Assembly: GCA_964414805.1 (NCBI GenBank)
Contig: CAYPYZ010000001.1
Span: 1-43,430 of the forward strand
Direction: 5' to 3'
DNA length: 43,430 nucleotides
From: an uncultured Paludibacter sp.
GTDB lineage: Bacteria > Bacteroidota > Bacteroidia > Bacteroidales > Paludibacteraceae
Shown here: positions 10,305-20,842 of the stretch, piece by piece
Layout of the letters: every line of letters begins with the position of its first letter
How positions within the stretch are numbered: position 1 is the stretch's first letter
Notes under the pieces: generated by a model
What the model was told of the DNA's origin: nothing
The model's database searches: none
What the model saw: the letters and a program-made list of their open reading frames with translations, nothing else
Translations under genes and position numbers: made by a program

Positions 10305-10860
10305 AAAAACTGTTATCGTCGAAATTCAGCTCATCCGGCTCCGGTTCCGCATCATCAAAATCTACATCGTCCAACTCATTTTCATCGAATGCCGTATCTC
10401 CATAAAAACTGGCATCTACATTAATATCCGGCGTTATAATAACATCATCTTCTAATAGAATTTGTGCTGGAGCATGACCTCTTGAGAGAATACATTCTGC
10501 ATGGGAACTGCTTACACCCGGAATTATTTCAGTCACTTCCATGAAGAATGTTCTTTCAGATAACAAATCAAAAACGTACATCAATTTTTGTTTTTCATCA
10601 TTAATCAAATCTTCTAATTTGGTATCTTCCATCACTAAATCATCATATTCAGAGCCGGTATCCATCTCTATTAAAGTCACTTCCTGTTCTTTTTCCCAGT
10701 CGTCGGAGCAAATAAAGAAAGTAGTCAACATATCTTTGGTATACTGACAAGAATCTAAAATAGCGTGGTGAAAATCTAAAAAACTTGCTTCTGCATCTAT
10801 AGAAATAACGCGTACAAAATCTTCAACTTCATCGGATAAGATAGTAAATTTGTATATCAT
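10288..10860 (-). CDS. Conserved Bacteroidetes protein (pRiA4b ORF-3 / IS1096-passenger TnpR-like family) with acidic tail
   Basis: MIYKFTILSDE...FLDFHHAIL...LMYVFD pattern recognised from memory; Asp/Glu-rich C-terminus. Confidence 0.65.
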   Translation of the reverse strand: MIYKFTILSDEVEDFVRVISIDAEASFLDFHHAILDSCQYTKDMLTTFFICSDDWEKEQEVTLIEMDTGSEYDDLVMEDTKLEDLINDEKQKLMYVFDLLSERTFFMEVTEIIPGVSSSHAECILSRGHAPAQILLEDDVIITPDINVDASFYGDTAFDENELDDVDFDDAEPEPDELNFDDNSFFDDSI

Positions 10861-10954
10861 GGAATTTCAATTATAAATTTCTGTAAAAGTAATATTTTTT
10901 TATCAATTGCACATCAATCATGGATGAATAAAATCTTTGTTTCATTTAAAAATA

Positions 10955-10990
10955 AAAAGAGGAAAACCTTTTGATTGATTTCCCTCTTGC
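10955..10990 (-). terminator. Possible intrinsic terminator after dnaA
   Basis: Imperfect AAGAGGAAAA/TTTCCCTCTT inverted repeat with an adjacent A-run (U-run on -). Confidence 0.45.
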
Positions 10991-11013
10991 ATTGCATATG
11001 GAATAGCAATACA

Positions 11014-12420
11014 TTATTGTTTAAGCATTTCCTCAATCTCTTCGACGCTTGCTCTAAAGTTTTTATCAAACTCCATCAAATCACTTACAATTTTACAAGC
11101 GTGTAAAACAGTAGCATGATCACGCTGTCCAATAAGATTACCTATCGATGCTAATGAGTTCTTAGTCATTTGTTTAGATAAGTACATAGCAATTTGTCTC
11201 GCCTGCACAACCTCTCTTTTCCTACTTTTTGTTGAAATAGCATCCACGGTTAGGGAGAAATATTCACATACCGTATCCCTAATTTTCTCAACCGTATTGA
11301 AAGCCGGTTTAATTTGAACTAACTTACTTAGAATTTTTTGGGTAAGCGCTAAATCAATACTGCTATTATCTAAAGTAGAATGAGCCAAAAGGGAAATCAG
11401 CGTTCCTTCAAGGTCTCTGACATTTTCAGTAACATGATTAGCAATATAATCAACTACCTCATCAGATATTTCTAAGCCGTCTCTATATATTTTATTCTTA
11501 AGAATAGCTCTTCTTAATTCAAAATCGGGTTTCTCAATTTCGGCAGACAAGCCCCATTTGAAGCGAGTTAACAACCTTTGCTCTAAGCCTACCAACACCA
11601 AAGGCGAACGGTCGGATGTCAACACCAACTGCTTGCCTGTTTGATGCAAATGATTAAACAAATGGAAAAAAGTATTTTGTGTACCTGTCTTTCCTGCAAA
11701 CTCCTGTATATCATCAACTATCAACACATCAATGGTTTGATAGAAATTAAGAAAATCATTAACGGAGTTTTTCCTAACTGCATCTGTATACTGAATTTGG
11801 AAAGTATTAGCAGGAACATACAGCACACGTTTATCCGGATGTAATTGTTTGGTCATCACACCAATAGCATGTGCTAAGTGTGTTTTTCCAACGCCTGACG
11901 GACCATACACAAACAAAGGATTAAAGACAGTCTTACCCGGTTCATTAGCAATGCTGATTCCTGCGGTACGCGCTAATCTATTGCCTTTACCTTCCATCAA
12001 ATTATTGAAATTGTAAGCACTATTGAGCTGTGGATCAATCTCCGGTAATTGTGGTCTGTGGTATGGACTTTTATAATTATTATAATTGTGTGATTTGGGA
12101 GCAAAATCTTTTCCCTCTACCCTACCGTTATCACTGGGTGTTCTGGTACCTATCCCTGAAGCTTGATCTATCAAAACCCTATATTCCAAGCGCGTTCCAT
12201 CACCTATGACCCGATAAAGCGTCTTACGCAATAAATCTATATATTTCTCTTCTATATATTCAACAAAGAAATGACTCGGAACTTGTAAAATGAAAATACC
12301 ATCTTCATATTGCTGAGGGACAATGGGTACAAACCATGTATTATATGAAGTCTCTGAAATATTATCTTTGATAATTTCAAGGCATTGATTCCATAATTTT
12401 TCAGGATGAGTAGACATCAT
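11014..12420 (-). CDS. dnaA: Chromosomal replication initiator DnaA
   Basis: FNPLFVYGPSGVGKTHL Walker A, LIVDDIQ, NVRDLEG, ARQIAMYL and RDHATVLHA motifs. Confidence 0.98.
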   Translation of the reverse strand: MMSTHPEKLWNQCLEIIKDNISETSYNTWFVPIVPQQYEDGIFILQVPSHFFVEYIEEKYIDLLRKTLYRVIGDGTRLEYRVLIDQASGIGTRTPSDNGRVEGKDFAPKSHNYNNYKSPYHRPQLPEIDPQLNSAYNFNNLMEGKGNRLARTAGISIANEPGKTVFNPLFVYGPSGVGKTHLAHAIGVMTKQLHPDKRVLYVPANTFQIQYTDAVRKNSVNDFLNFYQTIDVLIVDDIQEFAGKTGTQNTFFHLFNHLHQTGKQLVLTSDRSPLVLVGLEQRLLTRFKWGLSAEIEKPDFELRRAILKNKIYRDGLEISDEVVDYIANHVTENVRDLEGTLISLLAHSTLDNSSIDLALTQKILSKLVQIKPAFNTVEKIRDTVCEYFSLTVDAISTKSRKREVVQARQIAMYLSKQMTKNSLASIGNLIGQRDHATVLHACKIVSDLMEFDKNFRASVEEIEEMLKQ

Positions 12421-12825
12421 AATTTAATACAAATTGATTACAAGCAATATTAAAATATTTAACTATAAAATGAGAATAAAACCATTAGCAAGGAATGCGT
12501 GTGTTTTTTCTTAGCTGAATAGCATGATACAAATTTCCGAAAGATTTTTTGATTACCAAAATAGCCATAAAAATAGGATTTTTTTACCTTTTACATACCC
12601 TTTAATATCAACGCTTTACATCATCTAATTGAGAACCAATAACTTACTAACATATAACTACTAAACCAACTGACTATAAGCAAATTAACAAAATGACACT
12701 GTTTTTACCTTTTGCATACCCATCTGATAAATAAGCATTGATTTATTGGGCATTAGTAGCTCTTAAAATTGTAATTTGATGAAAAGTCAAACTTAGTTAT
12801 TATTTAGAACTAATTTAAATAATGG

Positions 12826-13737
12826 TTATTTATTTTTAGAGCCAAATAAAGAGAAATTAACATATCTTTTGGGTTGTTCACGTAAGTCTATCAATAAAGC
12901 ATCAGCACTATTAGATACATTCAATAAGTTGTCATACAAATTTTTGTCAGTGAGCAATAAACCCAAACTGCCCTCTCCATCATTGATTTTACTACTTATT
13001 CCTTTCAAGTCTTTAACGGTAGCATCCACTTCACTTATGGTAGAAGCAAAATCAACCTGTTTTAGGTTATTACTAATAACTGCAAAATCTTCCGTAATCA
13101 CATTGACATCTTGAATCATATTTTGTATATCGGTTTGCAAGATATGCTTTAATGAGGTAGAGCTTTCGGAAAGCTCAATTGTGGTCTTTTCTATGGCTTG
13201 TAGACTATTGGCGATAGCCTCATTGGAAAGAACAGCTCGAAGAGAATAAAGCAAAGAATCGGTTTGCTCGGTTATATTTTGAATTTTAGGCAATAAACCA
13301 GCAGCTAATTGATCCATTAAGCCCAACTGAATTTCGGAATTGAGGGTGTCACCTGATTGACAAAATGCAGTTGTATTATTTTCGGAAGCCAATAATAATT
13401 GTATGGCCTTGCCGCCTAAAAGCCCATCATCAAACAAAACTATGGTTGAATGGACGGGAAGAGCAACTTTTTTATCTATTGAAATTTTAATTGTAAAGGC
13501 TTTATCTTGTAAAAAATCAAAATCTATGGATTCAACTTGACCCACTTTATAGCCTTTTATATAGACCGGGGAAGAAGGTACCAAACCGTCTAATTCCGTG
13601 AACTGACCATAAAAATAGTGCACAGGTTTGAAAACATCCACTCCTTTTAGGAAATTTAATCCGAAATAAACAATGAAAATGGATATGATAGCTAATATAC
13701 CTACCTTAATTTCTTTTGATAGTTTGAATTTACTCAT
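12826..13737 (-). CDS. MlaD/MCE family protein
   Basis: N-terminal TM (KEIKVGIL...GLNFLKG), GL..SSPV.IKGYKVGQV MCE motif, helical region and C-terminal PKRYVNFS. Confidence 0.88.
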   Translation of the reverse strand: MSKFKLSKEIKVGILAIISIFIVYFGLNFLKGVDVFKPVHYFYGQFTELDGLVPSSPVYIKGYKVGQVESIDFDFLQDKAFTIKISIDKKVALPVHSTIVLFDDGLLGGKAIQLLLASENNTTAFCQSGDTLNSEIQLGLMDQLAAGLLPKIQNITEQTDSLLYSLRAVLSNEAIANSLQAIEKTTIELSESSTSLKHILQTDIQNMIQDVNVITEDFAVISNNLKQVDFASTISEVDATVKDLKGISSKINDGEGSLGLLLTDKNLYDNLLNVSNSADALLIDLREQPKRYVNFSLFGSKNK

Positions 13738-13803
13738 ATGACTTAAAATTTAAACTGCTTATGTAAATGCGTGATTTACATCAATTTTTAAACTGACAAA
13801 TAT

Positions 13804-14994
13804 TTAATTACTCAATTTCCTGGCTTGCGACACTGGAATTTTTACATCATTGTAAAAAGCTATGATAAATGCATCAGGAAATTTAGATTTCAAAGATAGT
13901 CTTAATTGATTAATCTTATTATAATCGGTATCATTTCCAATCGTATATTTATAAAAACCGCCTTCTTGATACCATTCTAAACCTTGCACTCCCTTGAATG
14001 TTTCGTGAGCATGACTCAATTGAGTTTTAGAAGCAATAATCTGTAATTTATAAATCGGTTTTGATGTAGCAGTAGCTATCTCCGATTCCGTTTTTTCAAT
14101 AGATGGTTCCGAATTATTATGACTTTGAATTTCGGTTTTTTCTTCAACTTTGGGTTGTTTCACCGCTGTATTGCCCGATTCATTCGCATTATCATGTTTT
14201 ACATAGCCTAATTTATCATCATGATTCGATTTATAATTTACAAATGCCGTATAGATAGATTCAACTAATTGTCTTTGTCCAACTGCACTATTGAGATATT
14301 GCTCCTCAGCATTATTAGAAATAAAACCTAACTCAACCAAAACACTTGGGCAAGCTGAACGATGCAGCACCCAAAATCCTGCCTGACGCACTCCCCTATC
14401 ATGTCGCTTTGCCCTATCTACAAACTGTTGTTGCACTAAGGTTGCAAAATTAAGACTGTTATCCAAATAGGAATCCATCATAAACTCGAACATAATATAA
14501 GATTCTATGGAGTTCGGATCGAAGCCTGAATATTTAGTTTCATAATCATCTTCCAAAAGGATAACGGAGTTTTCTGCCATGGCTACATCCAAGTTTGCTT
14601 GTGATTTAGCCAGACCCAAGGTAAAAGTCTCGGCACCAAACGCAGCTTTATTCTTGGCCGCATTCACGTGTATAGAAATAAATAAATTCGCACTATTACC
14701 ATTAGCAATAGAGGCACGCTGTTCTAAAGGGATAAAAACATCGGTTTTTCGGGTATAAATTACCTTTACATCCTTCATATTACTTGTTATCATATCACCT
14801 AACATTTTCGAAACGGAAAGTACTATATCCTTTTCTTTCGAAAAACGGCCAACAGCACCAGGGTCTTTTCCTCCATGACCAGGATCAATAACTACCACAA
14901 ACTCTTTGGGTTGTATATCAGCAACAAGAGGTGAAACAGAGAAGACAAATAGCAGAATTAATATGTAAAAGCGATTTAGACCAAGATGTTTCAT
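13804..14994 (-). CDS. N-acetylmuramoyl-L-alanine amidase (Amidase_3)
   Basis: Signal peptide; VVIDPGHGGKDPGA, FISIHVNA and SVLVELGFISN motifs. Confidence 0.93.
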   Translation of the reverse strand: MKHLGLNRFYILILLFVFSVSPLVADIQPKEFVVVIDPGHGGKDPGAVGRFSKEKDIVLSVSKMLGDMITSNMKDVKVIYTRKTDVFIPLEQRASIANGNSANLFISIHVNAAKNKAAFGAETFTLGLAKSQANLDVAMAENSVILLEDDYETKYSGFDPNSIESYIMFEFMMDSYLDNSLNFATLVQQQFVDRAKRHDRGVRQAGFWVLHRSACPSVLVELGFISNNAEEQYLNSAVGQRQLVESIYTAFVNYKSNHDDKLGYVKHDNANESGNTAVKQPKVEEKTEIQSHNNSEPSIEKTESEIATATSKPIYKLQIIASKTQLSHAHETFKGVQGLEWYQEGGFYKYTIGNDTDYNKINQLRLSLKSKFPDAFIIAFYNDVKIPVSQARKLSN

Positions 14995-15172
14995 ATCTAA
15001 AATTAGAAAAATCGAATATTATGAGCTATGCAAAAGTACAATTTTATCTTTTGCTAACCTTATAATACACGGTATTTTTTCAAATTAAAATAAAAAATGC
15101 TTATTTACTAAGAACACAGTATTATTTTAGTTAATTTTGCATCTTATCATTTTGCATCTTGTTAAGTGCCGC

Positions 15173-17959
15173 ATGAGAATAAAAAGTATATTATTTTTGA
15201 ATCATATTAAAACGACACTGACCATCTTGGGTCTGTTATCGTTTGTGTTTATGGCACAAGCTCAAACAAGAATGCGTACTGCTGATAGTGGTCCTACGAT
15301 CGCATCTGATGCAAATCAACAAACTCCTCAGAAAAAACCCCAAAAATCAGGTGAACCTTCAGATGAAATAGATGATATTATTACCTATAGGGCTAATGAT
15401 TCTATCATTTTGACGGCAAATGGTACTGCTTTCTTACATGGATCTTCCGAGATTAATTATCAAGCTATTAAATTGGAAGCTGATTTCGTTAGGGTGAAAA
15501 TTGATAGTAGTCTTATTTATGCTACTGGTACAGAGGTCGAAGATGGAGAAATGATGGGCGAACCGGTGTTTAGTGAAGGAGAGGATTCCTATAATTCCAA
15601 GGAACTGCGGTATAATTTAAAAACTAAAAAGGGCTATATTCGGCATGTTGTAACGCAAGAAGGTGAAGGATATATCATCAGCGAGCAGACTAAAAAGTCG
15701 CCGGACAATGTTTTTAGCATCAAGGATGGCATGTATACCACTTGTGATAATCACGAACATCCACATTTTTACCTAAGTATTTCGAAAGGAAAAATTAAGC
15801 CCGGAAGTTATATTGTAACAGGTCCGGCACATTTGGTCGTTGCTGATGTACCCCTGCCTGTAGCATTGCCTTTCGGATTTTTTCCCTTTACAGACACCTA
15901 TTCATCGGGTATTATTATGCCAAGTTATACAGATGAAATGACGCGTGGGTTTGGTCTGACCAATGGTGGATATTACTTTGCCATCAATGATTATATGGAT
16001 TTGGAACTCAAAGGCGACATTTATACTAAGGGAACTTGGGCTTTGTCCGGTGTCAGCAATTATGTAAAAAGATACAAATATCGTGGAAATTTCAATATAA
16101 GTTATAGAGAAGACGTTACCGGTGAAAAAGGTTTACCCGATTATAACAAGGCTAACAATATGAGTCTTAGGTGGTCACATACACAGGATCAAAAAGCCAA
16201 TCCAAATTTCACTTTTTCATCCAGTGTCAATTTTTCTACCAGTGGATACAATAGAAGTAACGTAAACTCTTATTACCGTCCGGAACTTAACTCTGAAAAC
16301 ACGAAAAGTTCGAGCGTTACCTTTACCAAACGATTTCATAGATTGCCCTCCCTGAATTTATCGGGTGGAATCAATGTAACTCAGCGTACTAAAGACTCGA
16401 CCATCAACATGAGTTTACCGAATTTAAATATCTCTTATAGTAGATTTTATCCTTTAAAAAGAAAAAACCCTGTGGGCAAAGAACGTTGGTACGAAAAAAT
16501 ATCTATGTCATATTCCGGTGCATTTGCTAACAGCATTCAAACCAAAGAGAATCAGTTGCTACAATCCTCTTTTACACGTGATTGGAGGAATGGTATGAGG
16601 CATTCCATTCCTGTTTCTGCAAGTTTCAATATGTTGAAATATATCAATATTTCACCTTCATTCAATTATACTGAAAGATGGTATTTAAAATCTATTGAGC
16701 AATCATGGGATGATACGAATAATAAGGTCGTGAACGATACAACCGATGGATTTTATCGGGTATACGATTTTAATATGGGCATATCTGCCTCTTCTAAGTT
16801 ATACGGATTTTATATACCTTTACGCTCGCTTTTTGGGGATAAAGTTGATAGGATTCGCCACGTCCTCACACCCAGTGTAGGATTTTCATACACGCCGGAT
16901 TTCGGTGATCCTATGTGGGGCTATTATGGTTCTTAGATGAGAGACGGCAACGAAATAATGTATTCAAAATTTTCTACGGGACTTTATGGTTCGCCGGGCA
17001 GAGGTACCTCAGGGAATATCAATTATTCTTTAAGCAACAATTTAGAAATGAAAATCCGCAACGACAAAGATACTACAGGAACCAATCCTTTCAAGAAAAT
17101 CAGTTTAATCGATAACCTGAGTTTTTCCGGAAGTTACAATTTAGCAGCCGACTCCATGAGGTGGTCTATGATTTCCTCCAGCGTTCGATTAAAATTGAGC
17201 AAGAGTTATTCGTTGAGTTTGAGTACGAGCTTCGATCCTTATATGTTTGCTCTCAATAGCGCCGGGAATCCCGTTAGGGTGAATCAGTTGAGATGGAATA
17301 ATGGTAAATTTCCAAGATTTCAGGGGACCAGCACCTCTTATAGCTATACTTTTAACAATAATACTTTCAATAAATTATTTGGCAGAGAGGGGAAAAAAGG
17401 CAGAGGTAGTCCCAATAGCGATGATGCTTCAAGTGATTTGGATGGCATGGATGGCATGGGAGGTTTAGACGGCATGGATGGGATGAACGATGGTATGGGG
17501 GATTTGGGTGGTGATAATCTACATGGTTTGAATGCCAATCTAAACTCCAAACCTGCTGAAGCACATTCAGATGATGACGGATATACCGAATTTTCTATTC
17601 CTTGGAGTTTAAGTTTTAATTACTCAATACGTTATGGCAATACGAATGAGTTTAATAAGGAAAAAATGGAGTATAAGATGGATTTCACACATAATTTCAG
17701 TTTAAACGGTAGTGTTACTCTAACGCCTAAATGGCAAGTGAGTGGCAACGCTTCTTATGATTTCAAGGTGAAAAAAATCACTTATAGTAGTATTTCAGTG
17801 CGTAGAGACTTACATTGCTGGAATATGTCAGCCAATATTGTACCTTTTGGAACTTATAAATCATACAATTTCCATATTGGAGTTAATGCCAGTATGTTGT
17901 CAGACCTTAAATATGACAAAAGAAGTGAATATGGTGTGAACAGAATCAATTGGTATTAG
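15173..17959 (+). CDS. lptD: LPS assembly protein LptD (Bacteroidetes type), interrupted by one in-frame TAG at 16934-16936
   Basis: YTTCD..HPHF, LPFGFFP, GGYYFAINDY in the first ORF and RDLHCW in the second. The two ORFs share a frame, joined as TCT-TAG-ATG. ATG 15173 preferred as start, downstream of -7 box TAATTTTG at 15132-15139. Confidence 0.85.
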
Positions 17960-18016
17960 GTTATAGTGGGGAATAATCAACAATTATCAACAAATAAATA
18001 TTTTAAAAATTAGAAA

Positions 18017-18586
18017 ATGAAAATTTCAACTAACAAATTTGTGGCAGCGGAATACGAATTATTCGTTGACGGGCAAGAAGGACAAGAATTAGAGCTTATG
18101 GAAAAAGCTACCAAGGAACAACCCATGCGTTTTGTATTTGGTATAGGCATGATGCTCAAAGCTTTTGAAGAAAACATTCAAGATTTAGAGGTAGGTAGTA
18201 AATTTGATTTTACCATTCCTATGGAAGAAGCTTATGGCGATTATGCTGAAGAAAACATCATTGATTTAGATCGTTCAATATTTGAAATTGATGGTAAAGT
18301 TGATGATCAAGTGATTTTTCCCGGAAATATTGTACCTTTGATGGATTCTGAAGGGAATAGACTCAACGCTCAAATTTTAGATGTAAACAACAGCTTTGTG
18401 AAAGTGGATTTGAATCATCCTTTGGCAGGTGAAAACTTACATTTCAAGGGTGAAGTGCTTGAGGTTCGTGAGTCTACAGAAGAGGATTTGAATAATTTGT
18501 TAGGCCATTCCGGCTGTGGTTGTGGTGATGATTGTGGATGTGATGATCATGGTTCCGATCACGAATGTGGCTGTGGCTGTAATTAA
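18017..18586 (+). CDS. slyD: FKBP-type peptidyl-prolyl isomerase, SlyD-like, with Cys/His tail
   Basis: EEAYG and VDLNHPLAGENLHF motifs; C-terminal GCGCGDDCGCDDHGSDHECGCGC. Confidence 0.9.
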   Translation: MKISTNKFVAAEYELFVDGQEGQELELMEKATKEQPMRFVFGIGMMLKAFEENIQDLEVGSKFDFTIPMEEAYGDYAEENIIDLDRSIFEIDGKVDDQVIFPGNIVPLMDSEGNRLNAQILDVNNSFVKVDLNHPLAGENLHFKGEVLEVRESTEEDLNNLLGHSGCGCGDDCGCDDHGSDHECGCGCN

Positions 18587-18617
18587 GCTTAGTATATATT
18601 AATCATCTTTCAATATT

Positions 18618-19688
18618 ATGTCTAATACATTTGGTACACTCTTTACTTTTACATCTTTTGGTGAATCACATGGCAAAGGCATTGGTGGCATAGTGGATGG
18701 TTGTCCTGCCGGCATAGAGTTAGATTTTGAATTTATTCAAAGTGAGCTTGATAGAAGGAAACCGGGACAATCATCTATTTCGTCTCCACGCAAGGAGGCC
18801 GATCAAGTTGAGTTTTTATCTGGAATTTTTGATGGTAAAACTACCGGTACTCCCATAGCCTTTATCATTTGGAATAGCAACCAAAGGAGTCAAGATTACG
18901 ATCAATTAAAGGATGTTTACCGCCCATCGCATGCCGATTATACTTATGAAAAGAAATATGGCATTCGGGATTATAGGGGTGGTGGACGTAGTTCTGCGCG
19001 TGAAACGGCTGCACGTGTTGTAGCGGGTGCAATAGCCAAATTGGTTTTAGCAAAGCAAGGTGTAAGCATTCAAGCTTTTACTTCGCAAGTAGGACCGATT
19101 GCTATGACGCAAACCTACAATCAAGTTGATTTAAACTTGATAGAATCCAATGCAGTTCGTTGTCCTGAACCTGCCATCGCAGAGCAAATGATTAGCTATA
19201 TCGCTAACTTAAAAAAGGAAGGAGATTCTACCGGAGGCATCATTACTTGTGTTGCCAAAGGGGTTCCTGCCGGATGGGGTGAACCTGTATTTGACAAATT
19301 ACATGGTCGTTTAGCAGCAGCTATGCTAAGTATCAATGCTGCTCATGGATTCGACTATGGGAAAGGTTTTGATGGCGTGGCTATGAAAGGCTCTGAAGCC
19401 AATGATGCTTTTTATGCAAAGGATGAAACTATTGGCACATTGACCAATCATTCCGGTGGTATTCAAGGCGGCATCAGCAATGGTGAAGATATTTACTTTC
19501 GCGTTTTATTTAAACCAGTAGCTACTATTTTCACAAAACAGCAAACTATTAATACAGCCGGTGAAAATGTGGAACTACAAGCTAAAGGTCGCCATGACCC
19601 CTGCGTACTGCCAAGGGCTGTTCCTATAGTTGAAGCAATGGCAGCACTGACTTTAGTCGATTTATTCTTGATTTCTCAAGCTAAATAA
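18618..19688 (+). CDS. aroC: Chorismate synthase
   Basis: [32 protein letters not shown] and GRHDPCV motifs. Confidence 0.97.
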   Translation: MSNTFGTLFTFTSFGESHGKGIGGIVDGCPAGIELDFEFIQSELDRRKPGQSSISSPRKEADQVEFLSGIFDGKTTGTPIAFIIWNSNQRSQDYDQLKDVYRPSHADYTYEKKYGIRDYRGGGRSSARETAARVVAGAIAKLVLAKQGVSIQAFTSQVGPIAMTQTYNQVDLNLIESNAVRCPEPAIAEQMISYIANLKKEGDSTGGIITCVAKGVPAGWGEPVFDKLHGRLAAAMLSINAAHGFDYGKGFDGVAMKGSEANDAFYAKDETIGTLTNHSGGIQGGISNGEDIYFRVLFKPVATIFTKQQTINTAGENVELQAKGRHDPCVLPRAVPIVEAMAALTLVDLFLISQAK

Positions 19689-20647
19689 TGATGGAGAAAG
19701 AGCAGTGGGTAGTCATCATCAATCTTAAGTCAGGCAAGAAAAACTTTAGGATTCAGATGAATTATCTTTTCAAGCAATTGGATCAAGCCGGTATAGTGTA
19801 CGAACATAGAATTACTGAATTTGCTGGTCATGCTACGCTAATTGCTCATAAATACAGGAAATCGGGCTATCATAATTTTTTAGTTGTAGGGGGTGATGGT
19901 ACTATGAACGAGGTGCTGAATGGGATTTTCTCCATAGATCATGCACCAAATTCTGAACGTTTGAAGATTGCACAAATCCCCAGAGGTACCGGTAATGATT
20001 GGGCTCGTTTTTGGAATTTAACTACCAATTATAAACATGCTATTGATGTATTCTTATCTAATAAAACTCAAAGTATTGATATAGGAAAAATCACCTATAC
20101 TTTAGAAGGAGAACCCAAAGCTCATCATTTTATTAATTCAATAGGCTTTGGTTTAGATGCAAAGGTTGTCAACTATGCCCATAAACTGAAACGCTATGTG
20201 GGTAGCCATTCAATTTTGTACCTTATTGCACTCTTGATGGCAGTGACGAGATTCAAGCCCAAACCTTTAAAACTAAAATCTAAAGAATACAATACCGATG
20301 AAACTCTTTTTACTATCAATATTGCCAATGGTTGCTATAGTGGAGGTGGTATGAAACAAAATCCACATGCACTGCCCTATGATGGATTGTTGGATGTTAT
20401 GTTGGTGAAAAGAATTAAGTTCAAAGATATATTTACTGCTGTACCATTACTTTTCAACGGTAAACTTTTGGAACATCCGATTATCAATTCATTTCAGAGT
20501 AATAGTATTTACTTAGATACAGCAGATAGCAGGTATTTTGAAGCAGATGGTGTTATCAGTTATTATGCTTCTCCTGTGGAAATCACTGTTTTACCAGGGG
20601 TTATGGATATGGTGTGCCGTAGCGAATCTTGCGAAGAGTGCTCTTAA
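19688..20647 (+). CDS. Diacylglycerol/lipid kinase family protein (YegS-like)
   Basis: VGGDGTMNEV, IPRGTGNDWA, GFGLDA and DGLLDV motifs. Confidence 0.88.
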   Translation: MMEKEQWVVIINLKSGKKNFRIQMNYLFKQLDQAGIVYEHRITEFAGHATLIAHKYRKSGYHNFLVVGGDGTMNEVLNGIFSIDHAPNSERLKIAQIPRGTGNDWARFWNLTTNYKHAIDVFLSNKTQSIDIGKITYTLEGEPKAHHFINSIGFGLDAKVVNYAHKLKRYVGSHSILYLIALLMAVTRFKPKPLKLKSKEYNTDETLFTINIANGCYSGGGMKQNPHALPYDGLLDVMLVKRIKFKDIFTAVPLLFNGKLLEHPIINSFQSNSIYLDTADSRYFEADGVISYYASPVEITVLPGVMDMVCRSESCEECS

Positions 20648-20783
20648 ACAACATAGATACATAAAGTACATAGGCATAAAACTCTAAACACCTAAGGGGT
20701 CATGGTCTTTGGGTTGTAAAAGGGTACATTAGTTTGATTTGTATGACAATTAAATTTACAGTAGCAGAAATCAACAGCTTGCA

Positions 20784-20819
20784 AAAGGGTCACAGTCCTT
20801 TGATTTGCTATGACCCTTT
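20784..20819. terminator. Hairpin between convergent genes
   Basis: AAAGGGTCA...TGACCCTTT inverted repeat just downstream of the stop at 20843. Confidence 0.5.
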
Positions 20820-20842
20820 CAACACAACAACAACAACAGTTT

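Noticed and set aside
10288-10860. Mobile element implied by the IS1096-passenger/pRiA4b family name
   Set aside because: No transposase or terminal repeats; the gene overlaps miaA in a core operon.
16934-16936. Genome-wide TAG reassignment
   Set aside because: Several intact genes here end at TAG at their expected C-termini, and no other gene has an internal TAG.
18505-18583. Cys/Gly/His repeat as a novel element
   Set aside because: It is the usual metal-binding tail of SlyD proteins.
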